Shown piece after piece: positions 28,392 through 35,801 of a stretch of 50,771 bases of DNA. The stretch's first letter is position 1. Each line of letters begins with the position of its first letter. The notes beneath the pieces are model-generated. The model was not told the DNA's origin, ran no database searches, and was given only the letters and a program-made list of their open reading frames with translations. The stretch covers positions 1 through 50,771 of the forward strand of contig JAKBUF010000002.1 of the NCBI GenBank assembly GCA_021844025.1. Direction: 5' to 3'. A program made the position numbers and the translations under genes. The DNA comes from a bacterium. Its GTDB lineage: Bacteria > Patescibacteriota > Minisyncoccia > UBA6257 > JAGOQP01.

Positions 28392-28411
28392 CGCCCGAGT
28401 GGGCGATTTTT
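28392..28411. terminator. bidirectional hairpin terminator at the right end of the element
   Basis: AAAAA-CGCCC-GAGT-GGGCG-ATTTTTG. An A-run precedes the GC stem and a T-run follows it. Confidence 0.6.
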
Positions 28412-28432
28412 GTTTAAACTTTCTTTTCTTGT

Positions 28433-28537
28433 TTATCTGTTGACTAAAGCATGGTCAATCCCTAGCTGAATCTTTAACCCTTCATTTGTGTATGTCACTA
28501 CGCAGATTTTAAGTTTTTTCTGCCTAAAAAACGCCAT
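28433..28537 (-). pseudogene. displaced 5' end of mnmA (first 10 codons) fused to element sequence
   Basis: ATG GCG TTT TTT AGG CAG AAA AAA CTT AAA | ATC TGC GTA ... TAA. The CTT AAA is in the same frame as at the left junction. Confidence 0.6.
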
Positions 28538-28639
28538 GCGAACACTATATCAAAATTTAGGCATAAGAAAAGCCACACCAAAAAACAGCCATTCCAGCTG
28601 TCTTTTTATATTTGAAAATTAAATAATTAAAAATTTATT

Positions 28640-28688
28640 GAAAATTGGAAATTGCCGTGCCCCGTAGAGAATTTATTCTTCTACTGGG
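28640..28688. repeat. GAAAATTGGAAATTG plus hairpin repeat (intergenic copy 2)
   Basis: GAAAATTGGAAATTGCCGTGCCCCGTAGAGAATTTATTCTTCTACTGGG, followed by ATAATTGGAAATTG. Confidence 0.85.
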
Positions 28689-28708
28689 ATAATTGGAAAT
28701 TGAAAGAG

Positions 28709-29269
28709 TTACGCTCTTTCCGCATATTCCCCCGTCTCTGTGTTCACGCGCACCATATCTCCTTCATTTACAAACATAGGAGTATTAATAACCGCTCCAG
28801 TTTCTAGTGTTACCTGTTTTGTGCCCCCCGATGCGGTACTTCCTTTTATAGAAGGCGGCGCCTCAACTACTTTTAGATCCATTTTAATAGGTAGTTGCAC
28901 GGTTATGATTTTCTCTCCAAACTTTACGGTAGTTACCTCACCGTTGGATTTTAAAAATTGGGCAGACATTCCTAAATCTCCCTCGGGAATCATAAATCGG
29001 TTTTTTGGATTTCCTTTTTCACAGAACCAACACTCACCTTTATTTTTGTATAAAAATACGGTGGGTACGCGATCTAGTTCGGCTTCCTCAAATTCATCAC
29101 TGGGCTGGAATGAGGTTTCTTTAACCTTACCAGTGGCGAGTTCGCGCATTTTTACTTTCATGACCGGTTTTCGTTGTTGCATACGCAAAAAATCAGCGGT
29201 CAGTATTTCGTACGCCGATCCCTCATATACAATCACGTGTCCTTTGCGGACTTCATTATAAGATAACAT
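28709..29269 (-). CDS. efp: elongation factor P
   Basis: 186 aa. The EF-P N-terminal KOW-like region is VRKGHVIVYEGSAYEILTADFLRMQQRKPVMKVKMRELATGK. Confidence 0.93.
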   Translation of the reverse strand: MLSYNEVRKGHVIVYEGSAYEILTADFLRMQQRKPVMKVKMRELATGKVKETSFQPSDEFEEAELDRVPTVFLYKNKGECWFCEKGNPKNRFMIPEGDLGMSAQFLKSNGEVTTVKFGEKIITVQLPIKMDLKVVEAPPSIKGSTASGGTKQVTLETGAVINTPMFVNEGDMVRVNTETGEYAERA

Positions 29270-29385
29270 AGGTTTGGAAATTTTAAATTTTGAGTTTTAA
29301 ATTTTAAATGAATTCTTCAATATTAAAAATTAACTCATTTATACATTAAATTAAAACTTGAAATTTGAAATTGAATAATTTATTT

Positions 29386-30873
29386 CTATTTCTCCTTCTT
29401 CTCCTCTCCTGGTTTTTGTAGTGACGTTCGTATTAAATCTTTGAGCGCATCTACGTTCAATCGTTGTTCAACTGGGGGCTTTTTCTCTCTTGGCTGCTGA
29501 TCATTTTTTACTCGTTCCGTGTGCTGGTGAGTTTCTCTTCGTAATGTTTCGCCTAATGAGCGCTCATCGCGACGAGATATCATTTCCTGGGCTTTTTCCT
29601 GAACCGCATAATAGTCCGAGCGGATTTTTTCATCCACCTTTTCTTTTGCGAGTGAATATTTCTCCCGAGATGATTGAAGAATAATATCAAATAATGAGGG
29701 CTGCGGCAAGGGCGGCGGCGGAAGCGTACGCGCCGAAAACGGACGTGAGGAAATACCATCTACCATAATACGGGCATAAATATGCGCATTGGGTAGATTT
29801 ACGAAATCACTTGATAAAAACTCTTCAAAGAATTCTTTTTCCAAAAACTCAGCGTCGTCCGCTCCCACCCGAAACACAATCATGGTTCCCACGTTTCCAA
29901 AAATTGCCGAACGTACTTTTTCATCTAATTGATCAATGTATTGATGCGCCACTATTAACGATAATCGGTATTTACGCGCCTCAGATAAAATAGTAGCAAA
30001 TGATTCAGTTGCAAAGTTCTGAAACTCGTCTACATACAGGAAAAAGTCTTTACGCTGCCCCATGGGAATATCCACCCGCGACATAGCCGCTAACTGCAAT
30101 TTGGTAATAAGCATGGCGCCCAACAAATTTGAATTATCTTCTCCTATTTTTCCTTTAGACAGGTTCACAATAATAATTTTTCCTTCGTCCATTGCCTTAC
30201 GAAAATCAAAAGATGAATGTACCTGACCAATAATATTACGAATAAGTGGATTTGCCACAAACTGCCCAATCTTGTTTTGAATTGCGGCGACTCCTTCGGT
30301 TTCTAAGCGTTGGGTATATTTGGCAAATTCATCAATCCAGAAGGATTTTACAATTGGGTCTTGTAAATCATTCACAATTTTGCGGCGAAACTCTTTATCT
30401 GAAAACATTTTCATGATTCCCAATAAAGTAGAATTAGGATACTCCAATAACGCTAACAGTGTGTTATTTAAAATATATTCCATACGAGCGCTCCATGCGT
30501 CGGGCCAGATTTTTTTAAACACCGACATGAGTCCTGATGCCACCAAATGACGCATTTCAAAACTGACACGCTCCAATGGATTAAATGCTATTGGGAAATC
30601 AATATCTGCCGGATTAATAAAAATAACATCATCGGCTCGATCCTCGGGAATAAAGTGTAAAATTTCTTCCGCGGTTTCTCCGTGCGGGTCAACAAAACAA
30701 ACTCCGTGTCCCGCGCGAACATCGGCAATTACCATATTCAAAAGCAGGGTACTTTTCCCCGTACCTGATTTTCCAATAACATACGTGTGCTGGCGTCGAT
30801 CGGCTAATTTAATACCAAACACCCGCTCTTGGTTTCTAAAATTTGTTTTTCCTAAATAGAGAATGTCGTCCAT
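29386..30873 (-). CDS. TraD/VirD4-like P-loop ATPase (T4SS coupling-protein-like DNA-binding domain family)
   Basis: Walker A GKSGTGKST, Walker B-like FFLYVDEFQNF and a basic low-complexity C-terminal tail. Confidence 0.75.
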   Translation of the reverse strand: MDDILYLGKTNFRNQERVFGIKLADRRQHTYVIGKSGTGKSTLLLNMVIADVRAGHGVCFVDPHGETAEEILHFIPEDRADDVIFINPADIDFPIAFNPLERVSFEMRHLVASGLMSVFKKIWPDAWSARMEYILNNTLLALLEYPNSTLLGIMKMFSDKEFRRKIVNDLQDPIVKSFWIDEFAKYTQRLETEGVAAIQNKIGQFVANPLIRNIIGQVHSSFDFRKAMDEGKIIIVNLSKGKIGEDNSNLLGAMLITKLQLAAMSRVDIPMGQRKDFFLYVDEFQNFATESFATILSEARKYRLSLIVAHQYIDQLDEKVRSAIFGNVGTMIVFRVGADDAEFLEKEFFEEFLSSDFVNLPNAHIYARIMVDGISSRPFSARTLPPPPLPQPSLFDIILQSSREKYSLAKEKVDEKIRSDYYAVQEKAQEMISRRDERSLGETLRRETHQHTERVKNDQQPREKKPPVEQRLNVDALKDLIRTSLQKPGEEKKEK

Positions 30874-31006
30874 AATATAAAATAATTTTCAATTTACAAT
30901 TTTACAATTTTCATTGAATTTTCAATAAAATAATTTTAAAAATTTATTCATTGGAAAATTAAGCAATTAACTGGAAATTGACGGCTGAAAATTGATACTT
31001 TCAACG

Positions 31007-32257
31007 CTACGCAAACGGAAGATTAGGTGGCGGGCTCCCTTTGCGCGAATCAATCTTTTGCAACCGCGGCGCGCGTACAACGTTGGCTGGAAAATGAAAT
31101 AGGGTAGCCAGTTCTTCAGTGTTAAGTATTGGAAATTTTTCTTCTCCCATACGGTTTGCCACCCCAAAAGAACGTGCTACATATAAATCATAAATTAGTC
31201 TCTTTTTTGAAAGCACCTTCGCCTTTTTATACCAGGGAAACAACTTTGCAGTAATGCCTCCATACAACGGAAGCATAGTTGGTTTAAATGAGTTAAGATT
31301 CTGGGTATTAAATTGTTGCATGGCCGCCAAGATCGATGTCCAATTCTGCGCACTGAATGTGTCTTTATTATCCACATACATAAACCGAATGGTTACCTCA
31401 AAAATATGTTTAGATGTTTTGTTTTCAATCGCTTTAATAATATCTTTGGTACCCATTGAGGTCCCCGATATATTTAACCCCCCTGTTTCACTCGCTTTTA
31501 CGCCCTTTTTCTCTAAGAGGTCTTTTATTTCTTTCTCGGCATCCTTTTGAATATCAACTCCACTTCCTTTGCCTGTGGGGCTTACTAAAATTTGAAACCA
31601 GATCTGCTCCTCTCCTTTTAGTTTAGACATAACTTCAAATAATGGAGCTAAAGAGTCAACACTTTTTTCATTATGTATGTCGTTTCTTTCCTCAAAGAAT
31701 TCATAGGTACGAATAGGAAATGGACTCGGACGTGCTAAATCAAACGCTCCCCCAAATATATCAGTGGTGTCGTTGGGAAGCATAGAAGGAAAGTCCGCGG
31801 TATAATCGTATCCCGGAATAATTTCTGCCTCGGGGTATTGCGCATACAATGCCGCCTCAACCATATTACGTCGTTCAGCGGGTAAGCGTACAAAGAAATG
31901 AATACCATCTGCGCGCCCCACCATTTCAAACGATATCCATAATTCTACTTTTCCATCTAAATATTTATCAAGCGGCTTAACTCCAAATGAATACATACCA
32001 AAAACAGTAGCAAACACATGTTCCATTGATTTTGGGGTGCGCACATTGTTTGCCGGAAAACGCACTTCAATTATTTCCCATTTTTGTTTTTTAAGAAACT
32101 CGGTACGAATATAAAACAAGCGCATTTTCAAAAAAAGCGCTACGCAAAAAACCGGTATCATAAACCAGATAACCGCTCCCAATGTTTGAGAAAAACTAAT
32201 TAACGCAATAGATACAAATGAGCTCATGGTATAAGAAAGTCGTGCTATCATTGGCAC
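31007..32257 (-). CDS. membrane protein partner of the ATPase, unknown function
   Basis: Two N-terminal TM segments, then a ~340-aa soluble domain. No motif recognised. Sits immediately upstream of the ATPase on the same strand. Confidence 0.7.
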   Translation of the reverse strand: MPMIARLSYTMSSFVSIALISFSQTLGAVIWFMIPVFCVALFLKMRLFYIRTEFLKKQKWEIIEVRFPANNVRTPKSMEHVFATVFGMYSFGVKPLDKYLDGKVELWISFEMVGRADGIHFFVRLPAERRNMVEAALYAQYPEAEIIPGYDYTADFPSMLPNDTTDIFGGAFDLARPSPFPIRTYEFFEERNDIHNEKSVDSLAPLFEVMSKLKGEEQIWFQILVSPTGKGSGVDIQKDAEKEIKDLLEKKGVKASETGGLNISGTSMGTKDIIKAIENKTSKHIFEVTIRFMYVDNKDTFSAQNWTSILAAMQQFNTQNLNSFKPTMLPLYGGITAKLFPWYKKAKVLSKKRLIYDLYVARSFGVANRMGEEKFPILNTEELATLFHFPANVVRAPRLQKIDSRKGSPPPNLPFA

Positions 32258-32298
32258 ACATCTTGTATGCGTATTATACCACGCTGCTCTAATTCTTT

Positions 32299-33336
32299 CT
32301 ATGCCAAATGATAGTGTCCGTTCTGCTTCTTAAAGTATTTTTTGTTTTGCAAATTCAAAAAGATGGTATTGTGCTTTAATACTCGCTCTTGAGAAACTAG
32401 TTTTACAATTTTATCTAGCGGCATCGCACCGTGCTTTTTAAGCAAACGGAGTAATACGTCTCGCGTAGTTCCTGGTTCAATACCAAATTCACGCAATGAA
32501 TACAACCCCCGTCCAACCAACACAAATCGCTTGTCGTTCTTAATTAATTCATTGTGCACTGTTTGCGGGTGCGCCTTTTTGGCGTCAAATTTTACTTTGT
32601 TAATCTCTTGCGCAATTTCTCTAAAATGCATAGGAGATTTTCGTTTCTTTAACACTAGATATGCTTTGTCGCGCACGGTTTTGGGAGCGATTTCTGCCCA
32701 CTCAACCAATCCAAAGTCACCATACGGATTTACTGAAAACTTCTTTGAGTTTAATAAAAAGTTCAATGCCACAAATTCTTTAATAGCGTGTTGTTTTGTT
32801 ACCTGAGCAAATAAGGCGTCAAACTCTCCTCGTTCAATAAGCGCTTCTTTTTTATTTTTCAAAAATTGCGCCACCTTTTGAGTAAATTGTTTTACTTCTC
32901 GCAACGCTTCGGGGGAGGTGTACCAAAACGCAAAGAGGTCTTCCCCTTCCGGTTCGTATGCAGGAGTTTTAAAAATAGAAAATAACAAGGTAACGTATGA
33001 ATCGCTTAAGGTTTTATCTTGAAATACCAATTTTAAATCATCAACCAAAAAGTCCGCTCGGCGTGCGCCCCCTAGTGAGGTAATATGATCAACTGCTTTT
33101 TTGTAGAGTGTGTGAATTTCAGAATTGTCTTGCGCGCTCTTTGCGAGCATGCGTAATGATGCCGCTTCAATCTGACGAACTCGTTCGCGAGTAATGCCAT
33201 ATTTGTTTCCTAAAAAGGCTAGGGTTCGCGTACGCAAAGATCCCAAACCGAATCGTTGGGTAATAATATCTTTTTGCCTTTTGGGAAGCAGTGAGACGAC
33301 CGAGTCAAGCAAGACTTTAAGTGTTGAATTGTTCAT
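32299..33336 (-). CDS. sigma-70 region-4-like HTH plus C-terminal HARE-HTH DNA-binding protein
   Basis: N-terminus LGNKYGITRERVRQIEAASLRML is sigma region 4.2-like. C-terminus HFREIAQEINK...HPQTVHNELIKNDKRFVLVGRGLYSL matches a HARE-HTH / delta-subunit-like fold. Confidence 0.6.
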   Translation of the reverse strand: MNNSTLKVLLDSVVSLLPKRQKDIITQRFGLGSLRTRTLAFLGNKYGITRERVRQIEAASLRMLAKSAQDNSEIHTLYKKAVDHITSLGGARRADFLVDDLKLVFQDKTLSDSYVTLLFSIFKTPAYEPEGEDLFAFWYTSPEALREVKQFTQKVAQFLKNKKEALIERGEFDALFAQVTKQHAIKEFVALNFLLNSKKFSVNPYGDFGLVEWAEIAPKTVRDKAYLVLKKRKSPMHFREIAQEINKVKFDAKKAHPQTVHNELIKNDKRFVLVGRGLYSLREFGIEPGTTRDVLLRLLKKHGAMPLDKIVKLVSQERVLKHNTIFLNLQNKKYFKKQNGHYHLA

Positions 33337-33428
33337 ACGTTTAAAATTATATAAATCATGGTACGCAGGTTGATAATGCGTATTAATGAGTATGTATACT
33401 ATACCACATTTCCAAACAACAATGCAAG

Positions 33429-34343
33429 TTATTTGGCTGATTTATTTGTATCAAATTTATGCCACAAAGTCAAGAGGGGGCTTGCCACAAATATTGAAGA
33501 GTAGGTTCCCGCAATAGTCCCGATGAGTAAAACCCCAGAGAATATGCGTAGATTTGGCGCTCCAAAGATAATCATAGCCACCAGTACCAACACCAACGTA
33601 AGAGAAGTATTTATAGATCGTGCCATGGTTTGCACAATACTTTCGTTTACGGTTTCATCAAATGGTTTCTTGCTACCCCGATGCACCATAAGATTTTCTC
33701 GAATACGATCAAATACCACAATAGTGTCGTGAACCGAGAATCCCATAATAACCAGCAGCGCTACCACAAAATTTGTATCAATTTCAATGCCGTTTGTTTT
33801 TCCTAAGATTGCCAATACTCCCATAGGAATAATGACATCATGAAATAATGCTATAAGTGTTGCAATTCCATATTTCCACGAAGAAACTGGGTATGAAACT
33901 TTACGAAACGAAAAAGCAATATATAACGAAATACCAAATAATACTAAAATTCCCGCCCAAATGGCGCGTGAGCGCAGTTGATCTCCAATAGTCGGTCCAA
34001 TTGATTGAAACTGTAATTCCTCCACACTACCAAACGTGCCCCGCAACACTCCGGCTAACCGTTGGTGGTCTGTTTCGGTTAACGGTTGTGTTTTAATTAA
34101 GAATGAGTCTGGGGTAAGTTCCCTATATACTACGGGGCTTGCTACTCCCCCCGTTGTGTGTAGCACATCTGCTATATGTTGTTCGGTTACATTTGTTCCG
34201 TTTATTTTTACTTGCCATAATGTTCCTCCGGTAAAATCAATCGCTGGGCGAAATCCAAACACAAACAAACATACAATACTTGCAAGTACCAATGTCCCCG
34301 ACACAGAAAGAAAGATGGCTCGATGAGAAATAATATTTTTCAT
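33429..34343 (-). CDS. secF: protein translocase subunit SecF
   Basis: Six-TM layout with IDFTGG and HDTIVVFDRIRE motifs. Confidence 0.9.
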   Translation of the reverse strand: MKNIISHRAIFLSVSGTLVLASIVCLFVFGFRPAIDFTGGTLWQVKINGTNVTEQHIADVLHTTGGVASPVVYRELTPDSFLIKTQPLTETDHQRLAGVLRGTFGSVEELQFQSIGPTIGDQLRSRAIWAGILVLFGISLYIAFSFRKVSYPVSSWKYGIATLIALFHDVIIPMGVLAILGKTNGIEIDTNFVVALLVIMGFSVHDTIVVFDRIRENLMVHRGSKKPFDETVNESIVQTMARSINTSLTLVLVLVAMIIFGAPNLRIFSGVLLIGTIAGTYSSIFVASPLLTLWHKFDTNKSAK

Positions 34344-34354
34344 GGTAGTAATAA

Positions 34355-35605
34355 TTACACAGTTTTAGATTTTGAAAATACCGTGAGAAGCCCCCGGGTA
34401 ACCGTGATCGCGGTAAACATGCTCACTAATACACCGAGAAATAGCGTGAGGGCAAGCCCTTTAACAAATCCGGAAGTAATATTAAACAGAATCAAGGTAG
34501 TAATAATAGTACTCACATTTGAGTCACGAATGGCAGTCCACGCGCGACGGAAACCTTCTCGGGTTGCCGCGCCTACTTCAAGGCCCTTCTTTAATTCTTC
34601 TTTGGTGCGTTCAAAAATAAGTACGTTTGCATCCACTGCCATACCAATAGAAAGCAAGAACCCCGCAATACCCGCAAGCGACATGGTCACAAACAACTTA
34701 AATATAATCAAAGAAATAACAATATATACCACAAGAGCAACAGAGGCTAAAAACCCCCGCCAGTGGTAATACAACATCATAAAGAGCATAACCAGCAGGG
34801 TTCCAATTAATCCGGCCCATAGTGATGATTGTAATGAATTAGTTCCCAAACTTGCTCCTACAGTTTGTTGATTCACCAACGTAATAGGAGCGGGCAGTGC
34901 TCCCGCGTTAATATTTTGTGCAAGTTTTTTTGCTTCATCTACACTGAATCGTCCACTAATAACTGCATTTCCCGAAGGAATTTTTTCATTTACGACCGGT
35001 GCACTAATGAGATTATTATCCACAAAAATACCAATTTGTTTTCCTACATTTTGTTCGGTTAATTTTGCAAACAAATCAGTTCCCTCACCAGTAAACTGCA
35101 GTTGTACCTCCGGTTGTGAAGTTCGTTGATCAAATGACAAGCTCGCTGATTGTATGTATTGTCCCTTGAGTTCGGTGGGAACCCATACTGGTGTTCCCGA
35201 AGCATCGGTGGTAGTTCCTACAGTACGAAAATCCAAAAATGGTGTCTGCCCAATTTGTTTTATAGCTTCTTGTACGTCTGAAATACCCGCTAAATCAATT
35301 ACTAAATAATTTTCTCCCTGGGTTTGCGAAATGGCTACCTGTGGCTCGCGTACTCCAAACGCGTTTACTCGTTTTTCAATCACATCACGAAGTCCTGCAA
35401 GCGTGTCTGATACCCGAGAACTATCAAGGGCAGAGGTGTCTATTTTATAGGTTAGGTGAGATCCTCCCACTAAGTCCAATCCTAGTTTCCAGGGGCTCCA
35501 TGAACTTATTGCTGCTGACCAAGAGGCCGGATAAATAAAAAAAATACCCACCACGGTTACTATGGCGACCAAAAACAATAAAAGCGACGCATTTCTTTTT
35601 GTCAT
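34355..35605 (-). CDS. secD: protein translocase subunit SecD
   Basis: LGLDLVGGSHL start of the periplasmic domain, and C-terminal TM bundle with SIGMAVDANVLIFERTKEE. Confidence 0.9.
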   Translation of the reverse strand: MTKRNASLLLFLVAIVTVVGIFFIYPASWSAAISSWSPWKLGLDLVGGSHLTYKIDTSALDSSRVSDTLAGLRDVIEKRVNAFGVREPQVAISQTQGENYLVIDLAGISDVQEAIKQIGQTPFLDFRTVGTTTDASGTPVWVPTELKGQYIQSASLSFDQRTSQPEVQLQFTGEGTDLFAKLTEQNVGKQIGIFVDNNLISAPVVNEKIPSGNAVISGRFSVDEAKKLAQNINAGALPAPITLVNQQTVGASLGTNSLQSSLWAGLIGTLLVMLFMMLYYHWRGFLASVALVVYIVISLIIFKLFVTMSLAGIAGFLLSIGMAVDANVLIFERTKEELKKGLEVGAATREGFRRAWTAIRDSNVSTIITTLILFNITSGFVKGLALTLFLGVLVSMFTAITVTRGLLTVFSKSKTV

Positions 35606-35640
35606 ATCAAAAACAGCATATCACAAAAAAACAAAAAAGC

Positions 35641-35669
35641 AATCAAAAAGAGCGCATACGCGCCCTCTT
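35641..35669 (-). terminator. putative intrinsic terminator downstream of ileS
   Basis: On the minus strand, AAGAGGGCGC-GTAT-GCGCTCTT is followed by TTTGATTGCTTTTTTG. Confidence 0.55.
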
Positions 35670-35801
35670 CTTTTTCGTTCCCGCCCTCACCGCGGAAACG
35701 TATGGAAATAGTATAACAGAGTTATTTAAAAAATCAAAATATGAAGCGCCACAAATAAATACATAGTATATTAGTTGGTGCGCGGATAGTTTTTTATAAT
35801 A

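Larger units (their letters stand above)
18815..28513. mobile_element. integrative element (~9.7 kb) inserted in mnmA, bounded by a shared TTTAAG/CTTAAA hexamer
   Basis: Recombinase at the left edge and the displaced mnmA start at the right edge. Joining at the hexamer restores an in-frame mnmA. No capsid, portal or large terminase genes were recognised. Confidence 0.8.

Noticed and set aside
18815-28513. A complete prophage
   Set aside because: I could recognise no capsid, portal, large terminase, tail or lysis genes in 9.7 kb. The element looks like a small integrative element or satellite rather than a full phage.
28740-29261. Long antisense ORFs in the track (this one opposite efp; also 34323..34769, 10743..11162, 5712..6071, 19723..20082, 49283..49618 and 50105..50443)
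   Set aside because: Each lies fully inside a strongly supported gene on the other strand. Their translations are low-complexity with no motifs. They are typical shadow ORFs.
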